Assembly: GCA_034530615.2 (NCBI GenBank)
Contig: JAVRCV020000079.1
Coordinates: 32,001-96,000 of the forward strand
From: Aulosira sp. ZfuVER01
GTDB taxonomy: Bacteria; Cyanobacteriota; Cyanobacteriia; Cyanobacteriales; Nostocaceae
DNA length: 64,000 nucleotides
Reading direction: 5' to 3'
Part shown: in pieces, positions 1-9,757 of the stretch
How the letters are laid out: each line of letters starts with the position of its first letter
How positions within the stretch are numbered: the first letter of the stretch is position 1
Translations under genes and position numbers: made by a program
The notes under the pieces: model-generated
Database searches by the model: none
What the model was told of the DNA's origin: nothing
Seen by the model: the letters and a program-made list of their open reading frames with translations, nothing else

Positions 1-413
1 TCCAGTGCTTGTCTTACAGCTTGTTCGGCTAGATGGTTAGCCAAAGCTACCTGAATACCAATAATGAGATCCTGTTCCTCAAAGGGTTTAACGATGTAGC
101 CGTAGGGATGGGTTGCGATCGCTTCTGTTAATGTTGCTTCATCAGCATGGGCAGTGAGAAACACAACGGGTAGATGGAATTGTTGCCGAATTTGATCTGC
201 TGCCTCAATGCCGCTTTTATTGCCTTGTAGGTAAATATCCATCAACACCAGATCGGGTTTATTTGCTGCCACAAGATCCAACGCTTTTTCGGCAGAATTA
301 GCAGTTCCAGACACGCTGTAGCCTAACTTGTTGAGATGTTGCTTGATATCTAAAGCAATTACCCATTCATCTTCAACAATTAGGATTGTAGGCTTTGGGG
401 AATATTGCGGCAT
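1..413 (-). CDS. Response-regulator receiver-domain protein (runs off the window edge; possibly a hybrid kinase)
   Basis: Manual translation from ATG at 413: MPQYSPKPTILIVEDEWVIALDI...PDLVLMDIYLQG...PVVFLTAHAD...GYIVKPF, a classic REC motif set; no stop before the window edge. Confidence 0.85.
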   Translation of the reverse strand, partial: MPQYSPKPTILIVEDEWVIALDIKQHLNKLGYSVSGTANSAEKALDLVAANKPDLVLMDIYLQGNKSGIEAADQIRQQFHLPVVFLTAHADEATLTEAIATHPYGYIVKPFEEQDLIIGIQVALANHLAEQAVRQAL

Positions 414-419
414 GGCACA

Positions 420-3400
420 TTACAACCTTTTTCTTAGGAGAATCTTAAACTGACTGCCTGCTTGCCTATCTAGTTGCAGCGTACCTCCAAGTTGTTCTGT
501 TAACCCGTGTATAAGTTGCATTCCCAGTGAAATAGTACACTGAGGATCAATATGGGCAGGTATTCCAATTCCGTTATCTTTGACAATTAGACAATAATAC
601 TCAGGATCGTATAACCAGAATTGCAGCATAATTTCGCCTTGTTGGTTGGGAAATGCATACTTTAAGGCATTAGAAACTAGCTCATTAATGATTAAGCCGC
701 AGGGAACCGCCGTATCTAGGTCTAGTTCTAGCTCTTCTACTTCAATAAAAGCACGTATAGAAGATTTATTGGAAGTATAGGAACGCACTAAATCATTCAC
801 AAGGTGTTGAACATAGGTAGCAAAGTTAATCCGGGCAAGATTTTCAGAACGATAGAGGCGTTCGTGGACGAGTGCCATTGTTTTGACTCGCCGCTGGCTT
901 TCGCTGAGTAACTTCAGTACAGCAGGGTCGTCAATGCTGCTAGCTTGCAGATTTAACAGGCTAGAAACCATTTGCATATTGTTCTTGACCCGGTGATAGA
1001 CCTCGCGCAATAAAACTTCTTTTTCCTTGAGAGAGGCGCGGATTTGTTCTTCAATTTGTTGGCGTTCTTGCAGTTCAATTTGCAGTTGCTTGTAGAGTTC
1101 AGACTGCTGGATAGCGATCGCCAATTGGTTGGCTATCTGTTGCAATAGTTCCACCTCCCAAGACTGCCAATGGCGAGGAGCCGAGTTTTGATAAATTGCT
1201 AACAAGCCCCAAAGATGATCTCCAGAGAAAATCGGGGCGATCGCATAAGCTCTAGCTTGAAACTGTTCTAAAAGCGCAATATGACAATGCTGATGTCCAA
1301 CGGTGTAAATATCCGTTACGGCAAAGTTTTCGTGATTTTTGTAGCGTCCTCCTTGAGTTTCTTGCAAATAAGTATCTTCCCAAACTTTTTTGATGTTAGG
1401 TTTCACCAGTTTCACCCAACCTGAGGCGACTGACTCCACGATAAACTTTCCACTCCAATCGGAATTAAAACGATAAACCGCAACCCGATCGGCTTGCAAT
1501 GTTTGCCTAACTTCAGTTACAGCAGTTGTGAGAATGGCATCTAAATCTAGAGACTGACGAATTTCTTGGGTAACAAGCCGAAGCACCTGCTCAAGTCTTG
1601 CTTGCTGTTGTAAAACTGCTTCTGCTTGTTTGCGATTAGTGATATCCATTGCAATTCCCGCTAGCCGTACAGGTTGTCCCTGCTTGTCCAGCACACAAGC
1701 ACCGCGTGCGTACACCCAATGAATACTGCCATCTCTGCGTATCTGCCGATACTCTACTTCATAAGAAGAAGCTTGTTCGATCACTTGCCGTGTTTGTTGC
1801 ACAACATAGTCGCGATCGTCAGGATGAATGCAACTCAAGAACAACTCGAAGGTGGGGTAAGGACTCACTACTTCTCCATCTCGATCGAGAACACGTCCTT
1901 GAGCATCTGTTTGAAAGCCAAATAGGGCATATTCTTCAGGCGACCACTGAACGATTTTTGTCTGTAGATTCAAGTCCCAAGTTCCCATCTTGGCAGCAGA
2001 GAGTGCCATGTTGAGTTGGGCAGTACGTTCCTGAACTCGCTGTTCTAGTTCCTGGTTGAATTGTTGCAAAGCCGCTTCGGCGCGCTCGCGATCGCTTAGT
2101 TCTTGCTGCATCTGTTGATAGAGTTGTGCTTGCTGAATGGCGATCGCTAATTGATCTGCCACTTGACGAGCAATTTCTAACTCTTCCTGCTTCCAAGGAG
2201 CTTCTTGGATTGGCTTTACCAGCGTCAAACAGCCCCAAATTGTACCGTTAACGACGATAGGTGTTAATAACCAAGCACCAGGAACCATCTCGGCAATTTT
2301 TTGGTTAATCGGATCGTTAATGCTATCCATCCCATCTATTTGCACCACTTGGAATTGCTTCAACTGTGCCGCCAAGGGATTGCCCTCATCGGGAATTTCT
2401 AAACCTGTTGGATTTTTGAGCAATTCATTTTGGTGATTAACCACTAGAATCTTCCAATATTGGCGCTCTGAGAAATACTGGACGATAGAAGTCTGATGCA
2501 AGTCTAACAATTGAGTGACTTCATCCATCGCCGTGGAGAAGATTGTTGATAAATCCAGAGAACTGCGAATGCTTTGAAATACCCGATTTAAGGTTTGCTC
2601 TTGCTGTGCTTGACGTTGTAAGGCGATTTGGGCGGCTTTGCGATCGGTCACATCTCGCGAAATACATAGAATTGACTGTATCGCATTTTCACGAGTCAAC
2701 TCAGGGGCGATCGCCATTTCAAAGAAACGTGTTCCGTTGAGTGTCAGTGTTTCAAATTCAATGATCTGTTTTTGCCCTGTTGTTAACAGTACTTGGGCCG
2801 CAGCTTCCCAGGCTTCGACCATTGGCTCTGGCATTCCCAGTTCGCGACAGGTTTTGCCTACAAACATCTCCGGCGGAATGCCTGTAATTTGTGTCAGTGC
2901 TGGACTGGTATAAATATGTCGCAATTGGGTATCGAAGCGTTCGATAATATCAGGAGAATTTTCCACCAGAGTTTGGTATAATCGTCGCGACTCTTGCAGA
3001 GCAGTTTCGGCAGCTTTGCGAGCAGAAATATCTATGACGAAGCCTTCTAAACACAAGAGTTCGCCACTGTCCGAAAATATACCCTGTCCGCGTTCCCAAA
3101 GCCATTTCTGAATTCCCGACTTCGTAATAATCCGAAACTCAAACTCAAAGGGTTGCCGGAGTTTCACGGCTCTCTGAACCGTTTCCCAAACTAGATCGCA
3201 GTCATCGGGATGAATTTCCTTTCCACAAGAAATCGTGCGCTCAATGAGATACTCTTCTTGTCGATAGCCTGTAATGCTAAAAACTCCCTCACTGATAAAT
3301 TCAGGGGTGTAGTCGCGATCGTTAGCAACTCGGTACACATAACCAGGTAGGTTGCTAATCAAGGTAGATAAGCGGCGTTCACTTGTTTGTAAAGCTCGAT

Positions 3401-3806
3401 CTGCTTGATAACGGGTTTGGGTACTTTGCCAAACATTCCGAACTACTTGCACCAATCGAGTTAGATTTTCGGGTGACTTGATGACATAATCATCAAACCC
3501 CGCTTTCATGGCTGCAACAGCAATTTCTTCGCTACCGGAATTTGTGAACATGATGACAGGACAATCGCTAATCTGCGTTTTGATAGTTCGCAAAACATCC
3601 AGTCCGTTTGTCCACGGCAATTTATAATCAGCGATCGCCAGATCAAAGTTACGGGCTGTAATCGCCTGCGCTAACTCATCAGCATGAACAATTTCCTCAA
3701 TCTGAAGCCCTGGGAAGTTGTGAGTCAGTACTTCGATGGTAAAAGCGCGATCGACTGGGTTAGCATCGATTAGCAGAATTCGTTGCAATAACTGCTCTCG
3801 GCTCAT
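420..3806 (-). CDS. Hybrid sensor histidine kinase REC-PAS-PAS-GAF-PAS-GAF(cyanobacteriochrome)-HisKA_2/HATPase
   Basis: N-terminal REC; PAS/PAC motifs; last GAF has WEDTYLQETQGGRY and GHQHCH (red/green CBCR); LLREVYHRVKNNMQ H-box; NELVSNALKY, DNGIG. Confidence 0.9.
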   Translation of the reverse strand: MSREQLLQRILLIDANPVDRAFTIEVLTHNFPGLQIEEIVHADELAQAITARNFDLAIADYKLPWTNGLDVLRTIKTQISDCPVIMFTNSGSEEIAVAAMKAGFDDYVIKSPENLTRLVQVVRNVWQSTQTRYQADRALQTSERRLSTLISNLPGYVYRVANDRDYTPEFISEGVFSITGYRQEEYLIERTISCGKEIHPDDCDLVWETVQRAVKLRQPFEFEFRIITKSGIQKWLWERGQGIFSDSGELLCLEGFVIDISARKAAETALQESRRLYQTLVENSPDIIERFDTQLRHIYTSPALTQITGIPPEMFVGKTCRELGMPEPMVEAWEAAAQVLLTTGQKQIIEFETLTLNGTRFFEMAIAPELTRENAIQSILCISRDVTDRKAAQIALQRQAQQEQTLNRVFQSIRSSLDLSTIFSTAMDEVTQLLDLHQTSIVQYFSERQYWKILVVNHQNELLKNPTGLEIPDEGNPLAAQLKQFQVVQIDGMDSINDPINQKIAEMVPGAWLLTPIVVNGTIWGCLTLVKPIQEAPWKQEELEIARQVADQLAIAIQQAQLYQQMQQELSDRERAEAALQQFNQELEQRVQERTAQLNMALSAAKMGTWDLNLQTKIVQWSPEEYALFGFQTDAQGRVLDRDGEVVSPYPTFELFLSCIHPDDRDYVVQQTRQVIEQASSYEVEYRQIRRDGSIHWVYARGACVLDKQGQPVRLAGIAMDITNRKQAEAVLQQQARLEQVLRLVTQEIRQSLDLDAILTTAVTEVRQTLQADRVAVYRFNSDWSGKFIVESVASGWVKLVKPNIKKVWEDTYLQETQGGRYKNHENFAVTDIYTVGHQHCHIALLEQFQARAYAIAPIFSGDHLWGLLAIYQNSAPRHWQSWEVELLQQIANQLAIAIQQSELYKQLQIELQERQQIEEQIRASLKEKEVLLREVYHRVKNNMQMVSSLLNLQASSIDDPAVLKLLSESQRRVKTMALVHERLYRSENLARINFATYVQHLVNDLVRSYTSNKSSIRAFIEVEELELDLDTAVPCGLIINELVSNALKYAFPNQQGEIMLQFWLYDPEYYCLIVKDNGIGIPAHIDPQCTISLGMQLIHGLTEQLGGTLQLDRQAGSQFKILLRKRL

Positions 3807-3904
3807 AGGTTTTAACAGCTTTAAAAAATAAATATATTATTGATGTCGATCTTAAGCTGTTGCTGCTTCTGTTGTCGTCAAGGTTAGTACAAATTCCAAA
3901 TCTA

Positions 3905-4088
3905 GTCGATGCAATGGCATAACAAGTCGATGCAATCGCATAACAAGTCGATGCAATCGCATAACAGGGCGATGCAATGGCATAACAAGCCGATGCAATG
4001 GCATAACAAGCCCATGTAATGGCATAACAAGTCGATGCAATCGCATAACAAGCCCATGTAATGGCATAACAGGACGATGCAATCGCAT
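3905..4088. repeat. Tandem 21-bp repeat, about 8.8 copies (GTCGATGCAAT[G/C]GCATAACAA)
   Basis: Units start at 3905, 3926, 3947, 3968, 3989, 4010, 4031, 4052, 4073. Confidence 0.95.
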
Positions 4089-4193
4089 TTTTAATAGAAT
4101 AACAAACGGAAGTGTTCCTTCTGCCTCTCCGAAGTTCCCATGCCTTCGGCAACCCCTTCGGGGAACGGAGGAAGCCTCCGCTCGGACTTCTCT

Positions 4194-5669
4194 CAATACG
4201 GTTCGGTTAAGGGCACAAACCATGTAAATTGAGAATTGTCATCAGGGTGCAAATGGCAAAAATGCAACTGAAAGAATTCTCCTTATTTGTGCCGAATGTA
4301 GAATCAGGTACGGTGTTGAAAGCGTTAGAAACTGCTATTCCATCGTCAGCGATAGAACAAGCGCTCGGTGACGCAAAAGCGACCGAAGAACGTAAACGAG
4401 CTTTGCCCTCGCATTTGGTGGTCTGTTTAATCATCGCCATGAGCTTGTGGTCAAAGGCTTCAATGAGAACAGTGCTGAAAAATCTGGTTGATGGTTTAAG
4501 CGAAACTTGGATAAAAGTAGGTTTGTACTGGCAAGTACCTTGTAAATCATCAATTACCGAAGCACGACAAAGGATAGGTTCTGGGGTGATAACTCGTCTG
4601 TTCCATCTAGTAGTGCGTCCTCTAGCAACAGTTGAGACTCCGGAAGCTTTTCTGGGAGGACTACGAATAATGGCAGTAGATGGAACATTATTCGATGTAC
4701 CGGATACGGAGGCAAACGCAAGGGTGTTTGGATATCCAGGTAGTCGTCCCGGAACTCAAGCATCTTTTCCCAAAGTCCGTTTAGTTCTACTGATTGAAGC
4801 TGGAACACATTTAATAGTTGATGCATTAATGTGTCCTTACCGTATTGGTGAGCGAGTCAGGGTCAAGAAGTTGCTTCGTTCTGTGACCCAAGGAATGTTA
4901 CTAATGTGGGATAGAGGGTTACATTCCTATGCAATGGTACGAGCCACTATTGGGCAAAAATGCGATTACTTGGGAAGAGTACCCAAAAATGTGAAGTTCC
5001 AAGTAGATCAAGTCTTGGAAGACGGTTCTTATTTATCGTGGATTGCCCCTGATGGTAAATCAAAGAAAGAAGGTGGAACAAAAATCATGGTGCGAGTTAT
5101 TGAATACACCATAGATACCGAGGGAGAGCCGGAAATTTATCGTCTGATTACCAGTTTGACTGATATTGCTTTGTTAAGAGCTTTATTATTAGCGATGGAA
5201 TATCACAAACGTTGGGAAGTGGAAAATACTATTGATGAACTTAAAGTTCATCTGTTAGGTCGCAAAACACCTATTCGTTCCTTAAATCCCCGTGAAGTTG
5301 TTCAAGAAGTTTATGGTTGGCTTCTTGGTCATTGGACTGTGCGTTCGCTGATGTTTCAAGTTGCCACTCATGCTCAAATCTCCCCTTTGCGACTCAGTTT
5401 TACCGGAACACTTAACGTTGTCCGCCGTGCTATTCCCAAATTTCAACGTCTTGAGCCAGAAGAAGTACCTTTTTTTTAACCTGGCTTGTGGTAGAAATTC
5501 TAGATGAACAGATACCAGAGCGTGAAGGTAGAAGTAACCCGCGAGTTGTAAAAAAAACTAGAGCTAAATTTCCTTCCAAGAAACCCATACATAAGGGATC
5601 TGGGGCTAAAATTGAAACACTCAAATTCTCTGTACATAACACTGCTTAGAGCTTAACCGAACCGTATTG
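4194..5669 (+). mobile_element. IS4-family insertion sequence, 1476 bp
   Basis: Perfect 18-bp terminal inverted repeats CAATACGGTTCGGTTAAG (4194-4211) / CTTAACCGAACCGTATTG (5652-5669); 10-bp target duplication GGACTTCTCT at 4184-4193 and 5670-5679. Confidence 0.95.
4253..5479 (+). CDS. IS4-family DDE transposase (likely extended to 5649 by a -1 frameshift)
   Basis: AVDGT, WDRG, YHKRWEVENTIDELK (YREK-type) motifs; the -1 frame continues after a T8 run. Confidence 0.9.
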   Translation: MAKMQLKEFSLFVPNVESGTVLKALETAIPSSAIEQALGDAKATEERKRALPSHLVVCLIIAMSLWSKASMRTVLKNLVDGLSETWIKVGLYWQVPCKSSITEARQRIGSGVITRLFHLVVRPLATVETPEAFLGGLRIMAVDGTLFDVPDTEANARVFGYPGSRPGTQASFPKVRLVLLIEAGTHLIVDALMCPYRIGERVRVKKLLRSVTQGMLLMWDRGLHSYAMVRATIGQKCDYLGRVPKNVKFQVDQVLEDGSYLSWIAPDGKSKKEGGTKIMVRVIEYTIDTEGEPEIYRLITSLTDIALLRALLLAMEYHKRWEVENTIDELKVHLLGRKTPIRSLNPREVVQEVYGWLLGHWTVRSLMFQVATHAQISPLRLSFTGTLNVVRRAIPKFQRLEPEEVPFF

Positions 5670-5681
5670 GGACTTCTCTCT

Positions 5682-5722
5682 GCCCCATGCCCCATGCCCA
5701 ATGCCCAATGCCCAATGCCCAA
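5682..5722. repeat. STRR heptamer repeats (CCCATGC/CCCAATG)
   Basis: Tandem heptamers typical of Nostocales. Confidence 0.85.
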
Positions 5723-5726
5723 TAAA

Positions 5727-6902
5727 TTACAATTTCAGCAACGGTAGTATGACAGTAAAGGTTGTACCTAATCCAACTTTGCTATCGACTAAAATCTCAC
5801 CCCCATGTGCATCGACACACTTTTTGACAATGGCTAAACCTAAACCAGTACCAGGAATAGAACCGACATTGTCTGCACGTTGAAAAGGCTGAAATAATCG
5901 TTTTTGGTCTTCTTCGGGAATGCCAATTCCCCAATCTTGAATTCGGAAAGCGATCGCTTGCTCTTGACCAATTAGTTCAAAATTTACTTTACCGCCTGGT
6001 AGTGAATACTTAATCGCATTAGTCAGCAAATTTCCCAAAATGTGCCGCAGGAGGCTTTCATCCCAGAGAGTATCTTGAAATTCCCCCACACTTGTAAACA
6101 CTAGATTTATCTGCTTGTCCCCAATAATTAGTTGCGCCTCTTCAATTAGTTGACGGCAGAATTGTTGTAAATCGAGGGAGACGAGTTCGCAGTGAAGTCT
6201 ACCTGAATCTGCTTGCCCAATTAACGACACTTCATCTAATAGCTGCGCCATGTTTTTGATGGCCGCGCGAATCAATTGAAAGTGAGAACTTTTTTTCTCT
6301 TTGGTTAATTTTTCTTCGTTATTTTGGAGCAATCCAGCAGCTAGGAGAATAGTATTGAGGGGATTGCGGATGTCATGGGAGAGCATGGAGACAAATTCAG
6401 ATTTGAACTGGTTGATTTCTTGCGCTTTTACCAGTTCGGCTGTGCGTTCTTCAACACGAGTTTCTAATGTTTTATTAGTTGTCCGTAATGATTCCAAAAC
6501 CTGTTTGCGCTCGATCGCATAATGTATGGAGCGAACTAAGACATCTACATTTACCTGTCGCTTAACTAGATAATCTTGTGCGCCTTTTCGCACTGCTTCA
6601 ATTGCTAAGGCTTCGTCATTGGTATTTGTAAGGACAACAATTGGTAATCTAGGGGCATAGTCAATCAGCCTTGGTAAGGATGACAACCCTTCGCTATCAG
6701 GCAGGGTCAGATCCAACAAAATGACATCATAGGAACATAATGCCCTGTCTTGAGTTAATTCCTGGAGGGCATTCTGCAAGCGCTGAACATGAACTACACT
6801 AAAGTCTTTGGATTGGGCTTGCTTCAGAAACTCCTGTAACAATCTCGCTTCTGCTAAGTTGTCCTCAATCAACAAGATTTTTACTGAGCCTGTAGCCATC
6901 AT
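5727..6902 (-). CDS. Hybrid REC-histidine kinase (third gene of the phytochrome operon)
   Basis: ILLIEDN...LLDLTLPD REC domain; SHDIRNPL H-box; NLLTNAIKY, DWGIG, GTGLGL. Confidence 0.9.
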   Translation of the reverse strand: MMATGSVKILLIEDNLAEARLLQEFLKQAQSKDFSVVHVQRLQNALQELTQDRALCSYDVILLDLTLPDSEGLSSLPRLIDYAPRLPIVVLTNTNDEALAIEAVRKGAQDYLVKRQVNVDVLVRSIHYAIERKQVLESLRTTNKTLETRVEERTAELVKAQEINQFKSEFVSMLSHDIRNPLNTILLAAGLLQNNEEKLTKEKKSSHFQLIRAAIKNMAQLLDEVSLIGQADSGRLHCELVSLDLQQFCRQLIEEAQLIIGDKQINLVFTSVGEFQDTLWDESLLRHILGNLLTNAIKYSLPGGKVNFELIGQEQAIAFRIQDWGIGIPEEDQKRLFQPFQRADNVGSIPGTGLGLAIVKKCVDAHGGEILVDSKVGLGTTFTVILPLLKL

Positions 6903-6980
6903 TTCCTGGTTCTACCTCCTCTATCTTGAAAGTGCTGAGTGCTGAGTCAAAAGTCAATAGTTAAGATTGCTCAGTTATTT

Positions 6981-7050
6981 GTCCCCCTTGTCCCCCTCAT
7001 CTCCCTCATCCCCCTTGTCTCCCCACACTCCCCACACTCCCCACACTCCC
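6981..7050. repeat. 9-bp short tandem repeats (TCCCCCTTG / CCCCACACT)
   Basis: Tandem nonamers between genes. Confidence 0.8.
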
Positions 7051-7059
7051 TTCTCATCC

Positions 7060-7506
7060 CTACTCCGATGGCAATGTAGCAGTAGAGAGCCAAAACTCTT
7101 CAATACCCTTGACGATTTGAAAGAGCTGGCTCAGGTTGCGAGATTTAGTGATGTAGCAATTCACGTGTAAATCGTAACTGTGAAAAATATCATCCTCGTT
7201 TCTGGAGGTTGTGAGTACCACTACCGGAATGCGTTTGAGTGTGGGGTCGCTTTTAATTTCCGCCAGCACCTCACGACCGTCCTTTTTAGGCAGGTTCAAA
7301 TCTAAGAGAATGAGGTCAGGGCGTGGAGCATCGGCATATTCACCTTCTTGGCGTAAATAAGCCATAGCGTCCATGCCATCCCTGACCGTGATCACTTGGT
7401 GTGGCACTGTGCTGTTTTTTAGCGCTTCTTGGATCAGGCGGATATCAGCTTTATTATCCTCGACCAAAAAGATCGTTTTGTGTTTTTCTTCCGTTTCTGC
7501 GCTCAC
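7060..7506 (-). CDS. rcp1: Single-domain response regulator Rcp1/RcpA
   Basis: FLVEDNKADIRLIQEAL...PDLILLDLNLPKKDGREVL...NCYITKS; GTG start at 7506 with GGAGG upstream; overlaps the phytochrome 3' end. Confidence 0.9.
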   Translation of the reverse strand: MSAETEEKHKTIFLVEDNKADIRLIQEALKNSTVPHQVITVRDGMDAMAYLRQEGEYADAPRPDLILLDLNLPKKDGREVLAEIKSDPTLKRIPVVVLTTSRNEDDIFHSYDLHVNCYITKSRNLSQLFQIVKGIEEFWLSTATLPSE

Positions 7507-9757
7507 GCTCGCGGCCTCCAACTGGAATCGTAAAGTAGAAGGTTGCACCATCACCCAGTTGTGACTCTACCCAAATTCGTCCTCGATGGCATTCTATAAT
7601 TTTCTTACAGATTGCCAGTCCCATACCAGTACCGGGATATTCTTCTCTGGTGTGTAGACGCTGAAAGATGACGAAAATGCGATCGCTAAATCGTGGATCG
7701 AGTCCAATACCATTATCCCTCACGGAGAACAACCACTCTTCTTCTAATCTTTCGGCTCCGATATGGATTTGTGGCGATTTGTCGCTGCGGAATTTGATGG
7801 CGTTGGCAATTAGGTTCTGAAATAGCTGCATTAATTGTGTACTGTCAGCCATCACAGTAGGTAAGGGGTCATGGGTAATTATTGCCCCAGTTTCATGGAT
7901 GCGTCCGCGCAAATTGCTGAGAGCACGATTTAAAGGTGTTTCTACCTCAGTTAGCCCAAAGGCGATCGCTTGCATATCTACTTTCGAGTACGCTAGTACA
8001 TCATCAATCAGCGTTTGCATGAGACTAACTCCCTCAACGGCAAAGTTAATAAATTCCTTTGCGTCTTCGTCAAGTTCAGCTTCGTAGCGCATCTCTAATA
8101 GCTGCACGTAGTTTGCTACTTGATTTAGCGGTTCTTGCAAATCATGAGAAGCGACATAAGCAAACTTTTTCAGTTCAGCGTTAGAACGTTCTAAATCTTG
8201 CGCTAACTGAGCCAGTTCATCGGCTTGGCGCAAGACAATATTGATGATGGCTTTACGCAGTTCTAAGGCTGCTTTGATTTCAACAAATTGCCAAGGTAAA
8301 GAAGTTAAACGAACAGTTTCTTTCCACAGTTCAAATGACTTTCGGGGAACGAGGCGCAAATTTCCTTCTGATTGATTAACTTCAAATGCCTCATTGGGAT
8401 TTCCTCCCCAATTTACTGTTTGAATTACTTCTGGTCTAAACCACAATACATAATTGCGCTTAGAAATCGGAATAGCTAACAAACCGCTGGCGACATTTTT
8501 AAATTTTTCCGCATCTGGATACATCTGCGGTAGCGAATCTGTATAGAATACTTCTTCATCGACATGGTTCTTTAGCCATTGGAGTAAAAAACTCAAGTCT
8601 TCTTCTTTGGGAGTCTCACCAATAACTGTGCAATTGTCACCAAAACACACAGCTGCTCCTTGCGCACTTGTTAAATCTAGAAGATTCGGCTGGTGTTTAA
8701 CTAACCCATCAATAAAGTTATCCTCTCGCGACATATACTCTATCAAAACTGATTGAATATATGCCAAGTTCATGCGGTAGTCGTAATCTTCAGTTTCTTC
8801 TCTGGCCGAGATTTCTGTAAATATCACTCTTCCCAAAAATTCGCACGCTTTACGCAATTCGTAGGAAACATATTTAGGCGTCTGATGATGACAAGCAATT
8901 AAACCCCAGAGTTGCCCATCTTTAATCAAAGAGATAGTTAAAGAAGCACCTACACCCATGTTGTGCAAGTACTCTAAATGACAAGCGGCTGCACTTCGCA
9001 GAATCGAATTGGTTAAATCAATCGGACGCTGGCTTCCCGGATTATTCACCGGAATCATTTGTACAGGCTCAGAATATGAATCGGGGATTAATCTAATGAA
9101 GTTGGAAGCGAATAATTTTCTGGCTGGTTTGGGAATATCTGACTCTGGGTAATGTAACCCTAAGTACGGTTCCATGCTTTCTAACTTTTCTTCAGCAATG
9201 ACCGAGCCATGCCCGTCTTCATCAAATTTATATAGCATAACTCTGTCAAATCCAGTTACTTTGCGGACTTCCTGGACGATTATTTGACAGAAATCGCGGA
9301 GATTAGTTGTTTTTTCTAGCTGGTTAATAGAAGCTCTAGCTAGATGATAGAAACTTAAAAATGGGATATTTTCTTGAGAAATAGCTGGCTCTAATTCTAA
9401 AATCAAAATTCCTTCGGGATTGCGATGAAAAATTGCATCAAATACTACGTAATCATCGCCTTTTCTTCTCACCCAGACTTTAACTGGATTAATATAATCA
9501 AGATTGCCAGATATTATGCCTGCTTTAATTCTTTCTATTTGGAAAGGATCGAGTAAGTCTTCTAGTTTTTTTTGCAATACATTTTCGGGCGATATTCCGA
9601 AAACATTCCATGTATTATTGCTAACTTGTAATATTTTTAGCTCTGGCTCCTCCAATACCAACAGGACGCCATGAGCTTGAATTCGACTAGAAATATGAAT
9701 TGGTGCTTCTTTCAAGCTACTGACATTAATACCTTGCACTTCTAATTCTGTCGTCAT
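7454..9757 (-). CDS. aphA: Cyanobacterial phytochrome AphA/CphA (Cph1-type PAS-GAF-PHY-HK)
   Basis: PESDIPKPAR (DIP motif), AACHLEYL chromophore Cys in GAF, PRKSF tongue, SHDLQEPL H-box. Confidence 0.95.
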   Translation of the reverse strand: MTTELEVQGINVSSLKEAPIHISSRIQAHGVLLVLEEPELKILQVSNNTWNVFGISPENVLQKKLEDLLDPFQIERIKAGIISGNLDYINPVKVWVRRKGDDYVVFDAIFHRNPEGILILELEPAISQENIPFLSFYHLARASINQLEKTTNLRDFCQIIVQEVRKVTGFDRVMLYKFDEDGHGSVIAEEKLESMEPYLGLHYPESDIPKPARKLFASNFIRLIPDSYSEPVQMIPVNNPGSQRPIDLTNSILRSAAACHLEYLHNMGVGASLTISLIKDGQLWGLIACHHQTPKYVSYELRKACEFLGRVIFTEISAREETEDYDYRMNLAYIQSVLIEYMSREDNFIDGLVKHQPNLLDLTSAQGAAVCFGDNCTVIGETPKEEDLSFLLQWLKNHVDEEVFYTDSLPQMYPDAEKFKNVASGLLAIPISKRNYVLWFRPEVIQTVNWGGNPNEAFEVNQSEGNLRLVPRKSFELWKETVRLTSLPWQFVEIKAALELRKAIINIVLRQADELAQLAQDLERSNAELKKFAYVASHDLQEPLNQVANYVQLLEMRYEAELDEDAKEFINFAVEGVSLMQTLIDDVLAYSKVDMQAIAFGLTEVETPLNRALSNLRGRIHETGAIITHDPLPTVMADSTQLMQLFQNLIANAIKFRSDKSPQIHIGAERLEEEWLFSVRDNGIGLDPRFSDRIFVIFQRLHTREEYPGTGMGLAICKKIIECHRGRIWVESQLGDGATFYFTIPVGGRERERRNGRKTQNDLFGRG

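Noticed and set aside
3905..4088. CRISPR array
   Set aside because: Units are contiguous with no unique spacers, and there are no cas genes in the window
3760..4223. Cys-rich heptad ORFs as RiPP precursors
   Set aside because: No leader-like region or modifying enzymes nearby; they arise from the 21-bp repeat and start inside SDR/IS sequence
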